Shown here: positions 1-14,190 of the stretch, piece after piece
Layout of the letters: each line of letters starts with the position of its first letter
How positions within the stretch are numbered: the first letter of the stretch is position 1
Origin: Octopus bimaculoides
Taxonomy: Eukaryota
Reading direction: 5' to 3'
Assembly: GCF_001194135.2 (NCBI RefSeq)
Contig: NC_068985.1
Coordinates: 69,199,134-69,263,133 of the forward strand
Length of the DNA: 64,000 bases
The notes under the pieces: generated by a model
What the model was told of the DNA's origin: nothing
The model's database searches: none
What the model saw: the letters and a program-made list of their open reading frames with translations, nothing else
Made by a program: the position numbers and the translations under genes

Positions 1-82
1 TTGGGCAAGTGATTTCTGCTATAATCCGGAGCCAAATAAAGCGTTGAGAGGGAATTTGGCAGTTGAAAATGAAAAGACCCAC
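1..82 (+). mobile_element. 3' part of a SINE (truncated by window edge)
   Basis: TTGGGCAAGTGATTTCTGCTATA...AAAGCGTTGAGAGGGAATTTGGCAG resembles the central/3' part of an abundant Octopus-type SINE as I recall it (CCTTGGGCAAGTGTCTTCTACTATAGCC...GGATTTGGTAGACGG). Confidence 0.5.
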
Positions 83-84
83 GG

Positions 85-700
85 AGAATTATCGACCAGG
101 AGAAGAAGGAAGAAGATAAGGAGCTGTGGATGTGGTATGTCAAAGAGCCTGGAGGGAATGCGACTTCCCCAAGAGGAAGGTCACATGTCCAGACTTCTGG
201 AGACTGGAACGATTCTGTATCTCTTCTTTGGTACATGCTGTATAAGTCACATTTTCAAAAAATCTGTACAAATAAGGTTTGAAGGGGGACCAGCTGTGAA
301 GAATTTGAGGGGAGAGAGGCACGCTGGCGTACTTTTTATCAGGATTCAAAATAGCATTTATTAAAGAGAAATGCATGTGGAGCCATGACTCTTCCTCATA
401 CTCTGGAACAAGAAAAACACAAGAAAACACCATTACCATGGGGGAAAGCAAACAACAGCAATCAAGTTCGTGAAAGAAGGAGAAAAGTCAGTAAGGACAG
501 CAAAAAATGATTAAATAATTTCTACATGGGTTCCAGCCATAAGATATGAAAGTGGATTTCGGTGAAAGGCTGCAGTTTACCCAGGTTGTCCATACAACCG
601 TTAGACAAGATGCTCTGTGGTCCGAAAAGGCAAGAGAAATAATATTTGTCAAGCTTACAGTCCCTCGGGAAGAAGTGGAACTAGTGAAAGATAAAAATAT
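85..700 (+). mobile_element. HERO-like (R2 group, REL endonuclease) non-LTR retrotransposon 3' fragment, degenerate
   Basis: Manual translation across stops/frameshifts gives QRAWRECDFPKRKVTCPDFWRLERFCISSLVHAV, then RI*GERGTLAYFLSGFKIAFIKEKCMWSHD (decayed CCHC region) and DMKVDFGERLQFTQVVHTTVRQDALWSEKAREIIFVKLTVPREE. This matches the HERO-type MxVDLGxxLxFP..LRPDIVLWS..vilELTVPWEE REL motif. Confidence 0.75.
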
Positions 701-3700
701 ATATGCGTATTGCATTCTATATATCATACCGATATGATACTGCAAAATATATAAACGTTAATGAAAATCCAATACTAATCCAGCGTCACTAGAATTTTCA
801 TATCGTTTGGTAACTAATAACTTAATAAATACAGGCTAATTAAAATAGTCTTCCGAAAAATATGTTCCACTTTTGGGCGTTAAAATACTCCATTCGTCCT
901 GCATTTCTACTTCTATTAAAAGAACAGGTAAGTGTTGCTTCAGGTTATCTTTAATGAGATCAAACTCCCTATAACGAATGCAATAGAATGCGAAAAGTAT
1001 TATTGGCAAATAACGACGCCATGCAATCCCTGGTTAGGATTCTCCGCAGTAAAACCTCTTTTATTACACAGAACCAAGATTCAAGTTCAATCATTCCAGC
1101 TTTCTCATCCATATTTCCCTTGCCTTTAACCATATCACTTCTCTTTTCGTCTGTATAACCCCTGATGTCCGGCAACATTCACTGAGTTCAGTGATATCAT
1201 TCCCATATGTCAACCTATCACCGATACAAGTGGGAGAAAGAGGACAAAATTTCCACTGCTAAAGAGATTTTGACACGTTTCCGTTGAGTTAGGATGCACT
1301 TGGGGATAAAAAGCAAAGCAAAACATTAATATATACATTTGTTTTACATATACTAACGCTATTTATAACAGCATCTAATAAATCATGGTTAATGTATTGA
1401 TAACATATTTAATGCATTTAATATTAGGTGCCTAACGCAGAGGGCATTGTTTATTTATTTACTGATATTATTTTACGCATTACGTGAAGTACAATGGCTG
1501 TGTTCAGAATGCTCGTTATTGTTATACACGTGTCACTAAAACATAGAATATTGCGTAGTTCCTGATGTATTCAAGAATGAATTACTAAGTAAACGTACAA
1601 TCTGCTGACTGCTGAGGTGTTTACCGAATTAAATACTTCTCAATTTTGCGATCAAATCAAGTCAATATTTATTGAGTGTGTAGCCAATTCTAGGTTATAT
1701 AGCGCTTCATTAGAGAAATGCCCTACTCCCAAATAATTCTCTTGTACAATAAAAAAAAAAGAATACCAATTACATTTATAATATTAGAAATCATATAAAT
1801 TCTATAACATTTTTTACGTCCAAAACAGTTTTTGAACAATGCATACATCCAATTACAAACTATATGATTTCTTAAAAATACTATTAGAAGCATTTAAGCT
1901 CAAATTTCTTCATCTAGAAACATAAAATTTTCTCTCTTTCTTTATTTCTTTAATAATTTTATATTTTAGGAAATGTTTTCCTAAATTCATTCCGGGTGTT
2001 CGGCGAATTTTATTTTATTTTAATGCTCATTTACAACTGAAAATGTTCTTCCCCTATTTTTGAAGGCTAACAAGATTCTGAAGGTTAACAGAAATTTGAA
2101 TATAGAAAAAGTATGTTTAGGTCTATATTTGTTTTGATTCATTGGAATTTTCTTCGTATTCTTCTGACTAGAATAAAATAATTGCCTGTTTATAAGAACA
2201 AAAATTATCCTGACAATAAGTTTCCTAGTGTAGAAGTCTCTAGCCTATTCAATATATGTCTGTGAAATTAAACTGTATACAAATACAATATACAAAAACA
2301 TATATGTTCTCTTTAATGTGATAGCTGTGTATATGTCGTCTATAAATACACTTACTCACACACATGTGTGTCTATGTATGCATGCATGTATATATGTATT
2401 ATGTATGGAGGCATGTAGGTATGTACATACGTGCGTATTCACAGTGTGTATGTGTTTGTATTTATGTATGAACATGATGTATAAAGTATGTAAATGTGTA
2501 TGTCTTGACAATATATCTATATGAGGAGCAAACCAAAAACTGAAGAGAGAACATTTATTTCAGAGAAATATACGTGCGAGTGTTGGTACATGTGTGTATT
2601 AGGTGTTTGCATCTGAATATAGCTGTAAGTATGCACTTGTATACAACTATATTATTCTAAACAAATATAATGTAGAAATAATGTAGAATTGGTTGAACAA
2701 TATACTGTGAAAGAAGCAAGAAATCAATTCCTATTTATATCACTTCATGTGCACACAACATTCACACACGCACGCACTTACGTACATATGTAATATAATT
2801 GTATCTATGAGAGCGAGTGTGCGCGTTTGTAATGTGTATTTTCAGTGAACAGAACGCCAAGCAAATAGAGATGTGTTGCCAATGGAGAAAACAGAATTTT
2901 AAAAAATAATATAAAAGGAGAAAATACATCTAATAAGCGAAAAAAATTCAAGTAAGGCTTCTATATTGCACTATTTCTCCTTTCTTCATATTTATCTCAA
3001 GCTACATTTGTTTAACAATCAGAAATAGAAATTTTGTAGGCCTTTTGAACCTTTACAGAATTGGCACCTAGATTCACATCACGTGCATATGACAGGAAAA
3101 CAGTGCATTTTTTCATTGCTTTGCAGTTACACATTGTGCTGTGACTGGTAGTTTGAACCTAGCTTTTGGCTAACGTAGGGGCTAGATGATGTTCGCAGAA
3201 ATGGAATTAATGACACTCACTCTACTAATAATAAATGCCAGTGATAAACGCTCGAGCGCACACTCACCCACTCACGTACGCACGCACATACACATATGAA
3301 TATGAATCTATGAACATACACACACACACGCCTGGAGTTAGGAAGCTAACAATCAAACCACTATCTGTGAGGAATCTATTAGAAATCACCCTTTAGTTTT
3401 GATAACGCCTATGATCATTATTGTAAATAAAATCTAATATAAAAACCATAATTATGAATAGTTTGCTGTGTATGCTATATTTGGCTATAGATTAAGAATA
3501 ACTATTTTCAGGTAAGCTGTGTAAATATTCTGTTTATAAGAACGGCAGGAGAAAAAAGCTGTTAGAATGGCATTGAAGTTGAGTAACTACATTGACTATG
3601 TTACTAAAAGGCAGCAATATATGTATATATGTATGATATAAATATATTTGATTCCAGGTGAGGAAAGTAATCCACTTCTTCATTGACAAGTGATTTATTT

Positions 3701-3818
3701 GCTTTTTTATGAGAGTAAGGAAATAGATGTGCGTACCTGCACGCACACACACGTACAGAAATGTATACATTATCTGTCTCTGTCTGTCTGTCAGTCTGTC
3801 TGTCAGTCTGTCTGCCTG

Positions 3819-3834
<16 letters not shown>

Positions 3835-3857
<23 letters not shown>

Positions 3858-3880
3858 CTGTCCATCTATTTATTTGTCAT

Positions 3881-3943
<63 letters not shown>

Positions 3944-3955
3944 CCTACCTATCTC

Positions 3956-4012
<57 letters not shown>
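3835..4012. repeat. compound microsatellite (TCTA)n-(TG)n-(TA)n
   Basis: Directly visible; explains ORFs 3690-4154, 3727-4140 and 3761-4084. Confidence 0.95.
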
Positions 4013-4015
<3 letters not shown>

Positions 4016-4406
4016 CATTTTGTGTGTGTATGTATACACGTTTGTGTGCGCGTGTGTGTATATACGTTTATTCAATATGTATGAAAAGTTACATAGGCAT
4101 ATATATATATGTAGGTGTGTGTATATGCATATATGTGTGAGTGTGTTTTCATAAAATTCTGACGGTTTATTGATGGGCCTTGTAGACGTTTGTGATATAC
4201 GACGGCAACAGACAGTTCATATTAAGTAAACTCTCTACGATCAATGAATTCGACTGTGTGATTCCATTTGATTAATATATAGAGTAAACAAGTGAGTGAT
4301 TTCTCTGAATTGCTGGGTGTTTTTTATTGAATGAACATTATGGAAGCAGAAATGAATGACTTCAGTCTACGCACTTATTATAGTTATTGTTATTGTTGCT
4401 GCCGAT

Positions 4407-4480
<74 letters not shown>
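4407..4480. repeat. (GTA)n microsatellite
   Basis: Directly visible; source of the poly-V ORF 4356-4685. Confidence 0.97.
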
Positions 4481-4623
4481 TATAATTATTAATGTTCTTG
4501 TTTTTGTGCTAGCGCTCGGATTGAACAGACGTATTTCTCTTTTCTCAGTTTTGGATCATCACATCTACCAAGAATGTTTATCATATGATTTAGATACACA
4601 CACATATATATACATACATGCGT

Positions 4624-4660
<37 letters not shown>

Positions 4661-7600
4661 CATACACACACACACTTCAATCTGATCTTTTATATCATTA
4701 ATTTTCGCATATATTAACAAAAATAAAACAAAAAACAAAATGATTTTACAGAATATGTTTGGTTTGATTCGTAATTTCGTCAATTCAACTAAGCAACACC
4801 TAGAAGAAGGAAAATAATAGGATTTACATTTCTGAAATTGCAATGTTTAGTATAAAGATCAACAGGCACCATCCCTGTGATATTTACTTTTTTCGGAAGG
4901 AAAGCCTTTGCGTTTTCCAAAGAAATTTAATGGTTAATTGAGATGTTTTGGTAATCTCGCATGATGGCAACTACAATAACGTTGATGTACAAAAATCAAC
5001 GGTAAACATGCGCCATAACAGAATAAGCACGTAATAGGATGGAGACACTGAATGACAAAGAAAGCATAGAAAGTAACATTGCCTTTATACAGTTGTCATA
5101 TTTCTAGAGGCTTATGGGTGAGTTGTAGCTGTATAAATACCGAGAAAAGACCGTAGTCAGAGTGGTTGTGGGTGTTTCAATGGACTTGATAGTACTTATG
5201 ACTTTGCAATATCATCATATCGTATTGGAGCTGTATCCAATTGAAGGAACAGAAATGAATGATTACGTTCCAAGCAAAACTACTCAATGCAAATTGAACG
5301 TTTCCTCTCAGATATATTCTGTAAATACAGAATAAAAAATACAAGAGCATAAATACCCCGAAATCATGAGACTAAAGCATCGAAAGTGACTTTCATGCAT
5401 TACTCTGCATTAAAATCCCGACACAGTTACAATCTTTCATTTCCACTCTTTCTTTCTCATTCACTTGTTCACTGAATATATCAGTGGAGAAAAAAAATGA
5501 GTCTCGCACATATTACTTTGACCAGAAAGTTTTTAATTATCGATTACACAATCAGAGCTAGTTAAATTGCATCAACATACCCCTTGTATCCTTGGTTGAG
5601 ATATATGTCCAGGTGTTGGCAAATAAAAATTTCACATTCCGTCACTTGAATAAATGTAGAGCAACGATCAGATTACTTTCGAAGGAGAGACTGTTGGAAT
5701 ATTTAAAGGACGTACGAGGCTATAATCTAGCCATTAGTCAAAGGAAAACGACAAAAATATCGACCAATTCTTCAAAACTAAGTTCGAAGGATAATGATGA
5801 AATGAAGTCATACGGTAAACAAGGGTTTGACGAGTCATTAATTTCTATAAGATGTAAAGTAACATTAAGGTGACAGTTAGTGCTAATGCTAGTGACATTA
5901 AACACTGAATTATTGTCACATTTGTTGGGATATATATGTGTGTATATGTGTGTGTTTGTGATAAACGAGAAAGAGTTAACCGAAAACGGCATATGATCTG
6001 GGGTAAGTGTGGATATATGCTACGCGTATATTAGTGATCCTTAATAAATTGTAGATTTCAGTCGATTTCACATGTTAAATAACTGCATTTATCATTTTGG
6101 TTATGTCACTTAGTTTAGGACTAAAATGCCCATAAAATGTTACAAGCTATCGAAGAAAAATATCGCACATTCTCTGTGATCGAGCAACGCATTTACTTGT
6201 TGATCTTAATCTTCAGGGCAGATTTTGTTACTCTTGAAACTATTCTCAAAGAATTTGNNNNNNNNNNGTTTTTGTCTCGTATCAGAGGGTTGTTTCAAAT
6301 GCGAGTGGTATCTACAGAAGAACCTAACAAAATGGCTATCAATGAGAACCTATTGGTATCACGAGGCAGCGTCTTTCAAATGACTATCATTCAGTCATTC
6401 TGCAAGGCATTTTTACGGAAATTAGAGTTGTTAATCGGCATATCATACGAAGCAGAATACAGGAGTGTGTAACATATGCAAAAGACGTCACCATAATAAT
6501 CCAACTAAGTTTAGTTGCGTGGCGGTAATATCACGAATTATCAGACGTTAATGGTAGCCAAAAATTAACTTGAATAAAGGAATGTTTGCCTAATTCTCCT
6601 CGGATTTATTGAGGAGATGAGGGCTCTCTGGCATAGATTGAGGAACAAAGCTGGGTATATCAAACTGAAAGAATTCACATTCTATTTTCATCTACACTGT
6701 GGTGTTGCAATATATAAATTTGTCAGTTCTTCTGACTAAGGTTATGTTGAGCTTGAAATAAACAGCATTAAATATACTACGAGCCATCGCAAGAATAAAT
6801 GTGAATACGAGGCTACATTTGACGGTACCATCTTAATTTGAAATGTATATATATATATATATATATATATNNNNNNNNNNTCTCTCCCTCTCTGATTATA
6901 TATACATGTGTAGGTTTGTATAAATAGAACTACGCACGCACACACATATAACATTTAAGTCCAGGGGAAATATCTTGAAAATATAGTTTACACATCCATA
7001 TTATGGCGAATGGAAATAACATTTGGCAAATTTACAGAAATCAAAGGTAGTCAATTAAACATCTGCTAAATTTCACTGTGCAAAATAATTGGATTTGGAG
7101 AGCAGCATGTAAGCTTGCCTTCTCTTGAGATAGAACAACTGAAGCTCTAATCGATTTCTCCGAGGTTTGTGATCCGTCATTGATCACTGCACGCCTGAGA
7201 CGAATCATTGTGGGATAGATTAATTACACAATCCAGACAGTTGCAATCAACATTGCAACTTTATCCAATACATCTCCCACTGATCGAAATTGATTACAAA
7301 TGCGTTGGAATTACTTGAATGGAGTTATGTTATTTGGTTTGCTGAGAAAGAGAGAAAAATTACAAAACTGGAGATGTCTACTTTGCAGAGAGTTTACCGA
7401 GTTAAGTTATTAGGTGAAGTAACCTCAAAGGCACATTAGAAGATTTATAAAGTCAGGAACAGATTCCAATATGCTTGATTTAAAAGTTTAATCTTCCACT
7501 TTAATTGGAATTTCTGAGCGGTAGGTCTTTAATATAAATGGATTTTTACACAGTAAATTTTCTTCCAGAAAATTCATTTATTTATATTAATTGCATATTT

Positions 7601-7939
7601 ACTCTCAGACCTCTAGTCTTCTATTGGAGAACAAAGAATTCCATTTCTATTCTATGGTCGGTAAAGTGGTTGAAGACTGAATATACTGGATTATCGGCAA
7701 AAAGTTGAATAGCTTAAATATTTTCAATGCTAACTTTTAACAACCAAACTGAAACTATGCAGCATAAATAGTTAATTAACTTAAGAAAAGTCGCCGGTCC
7801 ATGTATCGAACCATCCATGCATTCATCGATTCAAATAACATTTTGTTCAGTTATTTGCCTAAACGTGTGCATTTTAGAATTTATTAAAATCTTAGCATGG
7901 TAAAAATATATTGAAATCATTTATTAACATAAATTTATT

Positions 7940-8100
7940 TAGACGGTGAACTAGCAGAATTTACAATGTTGGATAAAAAGCCTCGCGGAATTAGTTCCCA
8001 TTTCATAAACATCTTAATTCAAAACTCACCGAATACAAGTTCAATTTGACCCTTTCGACTCGATTAAAAATTTATCAGTCTAAGATAATGGATTGGTTTA
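7940..8100 (+). mobile_element. old degenerate tRNA-derived SINE
   Basis: GACGGTGAACTAGCAGAA head plus ...CCCTTTCGACTCGATTAAAAAT...; weakly similar to the copies at 8438 and 51201. Confidence 0.45.
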
Positions 8101-8304
8101 ATTGTTGCGGTATACATTTTGGCTCCGGGTAATTTCATTTTCATTTGAAATTCTGTGCCTCCTTGTAATCGTTGACGGTTCCTGATTCAGGAATTGCGTC
8201 CGATGCATAGTATTACGAAAAATATACGAAGAATCTTAAAAAAAATATGAGAACGAAAATGCCATATGGTTAGTTTGGTCGCAAAAACGAATGTGAACAC
8301 CACC

Positions 8305-8365
<61 letters not shown>
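8305..8365. repeat. (CTA)n microsatellite
   Basis: Directly visible. Confidence 0.97.
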
Positions 8366-8437
8366 CAAATAATTACGTTTCGAAAATGTTTGTCTTCATT
8401 GGAAAATATTTTTGTGTTAATGTAACATAGAGTAATC

Positions 8438-8600
8438 AAGACGGCGTGCTGATAGAATGCTTTGCACGTGGGAGGAAATGCTTGGCGGCATTTCGTCCGT
8501 CAATACTTCTAAATCTGAAATTCCGTCGAAGTCGATTTGTCTTTCATCCTTTCATCCAGCTGAACAATGGTGTCGATATAATCCCGTTATCTACCTCCTC
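8438..8600 (+). mobile_element. tRNA-derived SINE (abundant Octopus-type family)
   Basis: AAGACGGCGTGCTGATAGAATG...AAATGCTTGGCGGCATTTCGTC...GAAATTCCGTCGAAGTCGATTTGTCTTTCATCCTTTC; alignable by eye to the copy at 51201-51400. Confidence 0.8.
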
Positions 8601-9084
8601 TGTAACTGTTGGCATTGTCAAACATTTTAAACCAACATAACATACAACATCGACTGCATTTGAAATAGCAAAGGTATTATTTATAGTTTTTAAAGATTAA
8701 TATTTTCCTATGCTATGAAATATTAGCTCTCCTGCTTTCTGTAGCCCAACTAAACTGGATATTAAGAAAAGGTTATGTGAATTTAGGCCAACAGACTGAA
8801 GTAGCATATGGAAGTGCTGAGTGAGGTCTGAGTTCATTTAGACCCATGTTAATTTTTATTTGCCAATCTATAATGAATATTTACCAAAGATCAAAATATC
8901 ATCTTTTTTTTGAGAACTTAATATATAGAAAATTAATAAGATGTAAAGTGTCAATCCTATTTCAAATGACAGTGATGCAATAATACAGGGTATATAAAGT
9001 TATTGCTTCTAGTCAAAATGTATGACTAAAGAAGGGGCTAGAGGTTTGTGCAGCTTATTATATTTACTACGCCTCCATCATTTA

Positions 9085-9290
9085 CCTTTAGTTGTTTTAG
9101 TCATTAAACTACGACCGTGGTGTAGCACCGTCTTTCATAGTTTAATTGAACACAATACTTATTATTTTGAAACCTTGATACTTATCATACCGGATTATTT
9201 GGGAGGAAACTTTTAGTTACGGGAGACGCAAACAAACGAACACCGATTGTGAAACAGTGAAAAGGGGCAAACACAGACACAACGACACGC
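9085..9290 (+). mobile_element. SINE-like interspersed repeat, degenerate
   Basis: TTAGTCATTAAACTACGACCGTGGTGTAGCACCG...TAGTTACGGGAGACGCAAACAAAC...CAAACACAGACAC resembles a recalled Octopus repeat ending in a CA-rich tail. Confidence 0.55.
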
Positions 9291-9360
9291 TTTTATCTAT
9301 TTATAAATAAATAAATATATGTGTGTATGTATGTATGTATGTGTGTGTATATATATATAA

Positions 9361-9608
9361 ATGCGCCCTTTTAAAGCCTAGCCAAGCTCATGGGCCCGAT
9401 TTCCGAGTTTTAATGGTGTATGTGTTCCCCAGCTGGTCGGGACGCCACTCCATCGCAGTATTACTCATATTTTGTCAGCTGCGTGGACTGGAGAAACGTG
9501 AAATGAAGAGTTTTGCTCAAGAGCACAACCCGTCGCCCGGTCCAGGATTTCGAAACCACAATTTTACGACCATGGTGCTGATAACCTAACCACTAAGCCA
9601 CGCACCTC

Positions 9609-9609
<1 letters not shown>
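9361..9609 (-). mobile_element. tRNA-derived SINE, near full length
   Basis: Minus strand starts GGAGGTGCGTGGCTTAGTGGTTAG (A box), has GGTTTCGAAATCC (B-box-like) and GTTGTGCTCTTGAGCAAAAC. A related copy lies at 41780-41975. Confidence 0.85.
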
Positions 9610-9650
<41 letters not shown>

Positions 9651-9662
9651 CATACACACACA

Positions 9663-10398
9663 NNNNNNNNNNNNNNNNNNNNNNNNNNNNNNNNNNNNNN
9701 NNNNNNNNNNNNNNNNNNNNNNNNNNNNNNNNNNNNNNNNNNNNNNNNNNNNNNNNNNNNNNNNNNNNNNNNNNNNNNNNNNNNNNNNNNNNNNNNNNNN
9801 NNNNNNNNNNNNNNNNNNNNNNNNNNNNNNNNNNNNNNNNNNNNNNNNNNNNNNNNNNNNNNNNNNNNNNNNNNNNNNNNNNNNNNNNNNNNNNNNNNNN
9901 NNNNNNNNNNNNNNNNNNNNNNNNNNNNNNNNNNNNNNNNNNNNNNNNNNNNNNNNNNNNNNNNNNNNNNNNNNNNNNNNNNNNNNNNNNNNNNNNNNNN
10001 NNNNNNNNNNNNNNNNNNNNNNNNNNNNNNNNNNNNNNNNNNNNNNNNNNNNNNNNNNNNNNNNNNNNNNNNNNNNNNNNNNNNNNNNNNNNNNNNNNNN
10101 NNNNNNNNNNNNNNNNNNNNNNNNNNNNNNNNNNNNNNNNNNNNNNNNNNNNNNNNNNNNNNNNNNNNNNNNNNNNNNNNNNNNNNNNNNNNNNNNNNNN
10201 NNNNNNNNNNNNNNNNNNNNNNNNNNNNNNNNNNNNNNNNNNNNNNNNNNNNNNNNNNNNNNNNNNNNNNNNNNNNNNNNNNNNNNNNNNNNNNNNNNNN
10301 NNNNNNNNNNNNNNNNNNNNNNNNNNNNNNNNNNNNNNNNNNNNNNNNNNNNNNNNNNNNNNNNNNNNNNNNNNNNNNNNNNNNNNNNNNNNNNNNNN
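9663..10398. other. assembly gap (N run) flanked by (CA)n and (TA)n
   Basis: N run. Other gaps: 6198-6207, 6871-6880, 42084-42368, 46377-46386, 58507-58934, 61471-61618. Confidence 1.
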
Positions 10399-10429
<31 letters not shown>

Positions 10430-13400
10430 TATGCAGGGCAGGGAATCGTCAATTAGTAATAAAATTAATAATTAACAATTTTGCCGGGTAGCTCAGTATG
10501 AAAAACCTTTTCGGTAAAAATCATTTATAATCATAAATATATAGGGATTGACCTGCTTCTCCAACATACTATGATTATATATATAATATAATGTAATATA
10601 TTTATCCCCACTTAAATGTCGATAATATGTTTCAACACATTATACTTCGGTAGTCACCTTGAGAGACTTACATATTGGCTTCTGGTGCAAATGGACTCTT
10701 GTTTATAACGCTAGTGGTGAGATAAATTCTCGCCAGCTCCAGCATCGAGACCAATGATCTCGAACTTCCTTAGTCTTGTCAATGATGGTCGCTCGACCGC
10801 CAGATGTAGCAGCAATTCATCTGCGTCAGTGATATATAGAAAAAACACTGATTAGCCAGTTAGCTTATTAATATAATACTGAGGTCACTGTAATCGAGTT
10901 GCCCACTCCCTCGGACTTGCCGAGCGTGTGCCAAAATTTAAAATTAGTACTGATATATAGAGTCCCGAGCAAATGCTCAGCACTGTATGTTTGTTTTCAT
11001 CGGCAAACAAATATACGGTGCTTTCTAAAGCAACTATACTTCAGTCATCCACGAGAGGATAACTTTATTTGTATAATTTAGTGGGGAGGGTGACATCGAA
11101 ACTGAAAAAAAGTGGCAGGTATGAGAGAAGTTATTGCGTATTGTATAGTCATTATGTACTGCACCTCAAAAATATGAATTATACTACGTCAACAGGAACC
11201 TTGGCTCGAATGTGTGCTGGTAAATTTGCTCCAGGTTTAAAGAATTGCTATCAAAACTTTTTAACATAAACCGAAACGTAAAGCTTCCACTCCATTCAGA
11301 TTTCTGGCGAGATCTCTCCCTGATAACTGTCGAGATAAGGGCGACTACTACATGAAAGAGAAAAAATATGATCCTCACGTCACACCTAAATGCGAATTAA
11401 TTATTCAAATAATGCTGAGCTTAAATATGTAATGGTTTAAATCATTAATTGCAATATCTGCTGTTTCCACAGCTAATTAAATATATATCACATGCCAAGC
11501 AATGTTTGATGGAAAGTAATTTCAAAATAGAACATATAAAAAGTATGAAAAAAAAAGAGGTCAAAGATGCAGTAAAGGTGCCCAGTTGTGATCTGTATTT
11601 CATAAAATCCCCTATTGAGGCCCGTGGTATAAAACAGAGATTTGAAGTAACTAGGATAGTATGGAATACCTTGCAGGAATATCAGCAAATGCCTTAAGAT
11701 TTATGTAATTTGCTTAATATTTTTTTCACCAGGCTGACACACAATGGGACATAACAATCACAGATTATAATGAATGAAGATGCTCACAAAATGTATATGA
11801 CTAAGCGGACATAATTATCACTAAAGCAATAACAGGCAAATTATTCACTTGCACCGACTTTTAAGGTAAGACCTACATTTGTTCCAGTACAATGATTACT
11901 TCTGTAACCGTGTGTGCACAGACACTCATTAGATAAGCAGCTACGTTTCTGAAAGAATACGGAATCTTGACACAATAATATAGTATCCTATAGATCCTTG
12001 GACAGGTTTACAGCTTCTCTTGCATATATTAAGCTGGAAATTTAGCTAAAGGTATCTTATCTATTTTCTATTCAAATATTTTCTTTTGTAAAATGAATTT
12101 ATTCCTTGCTATTTCACTGTTCAACACAGATAATTTGCTAAATAAATAATTTAGCTAAAGGCTGTTATTAGAGAATAGAATTCAACAGGAGACATATAAA
12201 ATTCCAACAAAATAATTCAACAAAATTAAGCAGCAACAAGCAAATAAGTGTTCTATTAACAATAAAGGCGATTAAAGAGAACAATGCATTTTTGTGGGCA
12301 ACAACAGGAGCTATAGGTGTGATATTACAGAGGGGACGAGGTTTATTGTTCCTGTGGATTCAGGAACAGGAAAGCAATTTTAATTTAGCAATAGAAATTA
12401 TAAAACTGTTAAAGGATGAGATTCAAGTTAATTTAGTAGCTGAAAGAATATTAAGTATGGCTGCACATAAATACCTCAACATCTACATATACGCATACAC
12501 GTGCTTATACATATATACATGCATGCATACATACATACGTACATACATACATACATACATACATACATACATACTTACACACAGTACATACATATATATA
12601 AATATATATATATATGTGTGTGTTATGTGCGTGTGCATATATATGCATACATATACATACGCATAAACACAGACACACACCGTACATATACATAGGTATA
12701 TGCGTGTATGTATGTATGCATGTATGTATGTATTTACGCATGTATGTATGCATGTATGTATGCGTCTGTATGAATGTATATATAATGATCAAAAATTGAT
12801 TTGCAAAGGAAACAAAAGAGAGTGAAATTTATTTGCATTTCCAACGTACAACCATAAATGGTTTGTTGCCGAACAATAGAAATAAACAATAGAAATAAAC
12901 AATAAGAAATGCAATCTTTGTACGCTCACAACAACTCTCCTTAAAAGCCATCAATTTGGTGAGGAGAAAAACTTGAGGTAAGAAATAAATCTAAAGATGA
13001 TGCAAAAATATATGAATAAATCACATTTTTATTCCATTTTATGAACAATGTTAGTTCATAATATATTAAAGAGACATCAAATATTTTCATAGTAAATACA
13101 TATCAAATATACTCATTAATTGTCAGTACACACATACAAAAATACTTATCTTTCTACGTACATAAATATACAGGTTGTCAATTTCTTCTCTTCCTTTACT
13201 TTCACTGTAGCAATCTACCTCTCTCATTGCCTTCCTCTCTAGTTTGACTTCTGTCTTATGCATAACTATAATAACAGCATTATACATAACTAGTTGTTGA
13301 AACATACATATATAACCATTTCCCACACTATGTGTGTATGTGTGTGAGTGTTTGTGTGTGCGCGCATAATATGTTTATGTGCGTACCGGTGTCTATATGC

Positions 13401-14093
13401 ATACACCTGAAATTTACTCGAAAATCAACAAGTGCGTTTGCAGCATACTTGCAATAGAGGAAATATTCAAATGAGTAATTGAATGTGAATGAGACAATGT
13501 TATCAGTTGCATCACATTATTATAAAGTAAAAATAAAAAAAAAATATACATATATATTAAAAAATCCCATTAACAGGAAATATTGGAGAAAATCATAAGT
13601 AAATTGCATCTAAATTCTATTTTATTCATTCTTCGCTGTTGTTTCAATTTGATGTAGGCAGTCATAAAAACGGTATTGTAATCATAATAATTGTCCCTAA
13701 AATCATATATTAATTGAAAATCAATTAGAAAGAAAATTCTATAGTGCAGTTTCTTCGTTTCTAAGACCACAGCGATACATTAAGAAAATTGAGATATTGA
13801 TATTACCAGCAGGTCATTGCGTGCGGTACAATAGATAAACTTAACATAGCTTGCAGCAAGTGAAATTTCTAGCTCAAATTATCTTTGCATTCTGACAATA
13901 CAATGTAAAATGTAATGGCTAAAGTAACATTTTTAACAATATCTAAAGCTACAAATACAACCCGATGTTATTTATTCAGAAATCTGTATAATCGTGTCTT
14001 TGATGACAGTAGTCGAAATACAGGGCACCTATATCAGAACCGACAATTTATATGAAAGTGGCATTGATGATGTGGATATAATGACAGGGAAAC

Positions 14094-14111
14094 AGAGAGA
14101 GAGAGAGAGAG

Positions 14112-14187
<76 letters not shown>
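14094..14187. repeat. (GA)n microsatellite
   Basis: Directly visible. Confidence 0.97.

Positions 14188-14190
<3 letters not shown>

Noticed and set aside
3690-4843. Long ORFs rich in Y/I/L/S/V/C (also at 12.3-12.8, 14.0-14.3, 34.6-35.0, 37.5-37.9, 38.1-38.5, 41.2-42.5 and 62.7-62.9 kb)
   Set aside because: Translations of microsatellites or N runs; no domain content.
9545-9605. tRNA gene
   Set aside because: A/B-box-like motifs belong to a SINE head followed by SINE body; no cloverleaf.
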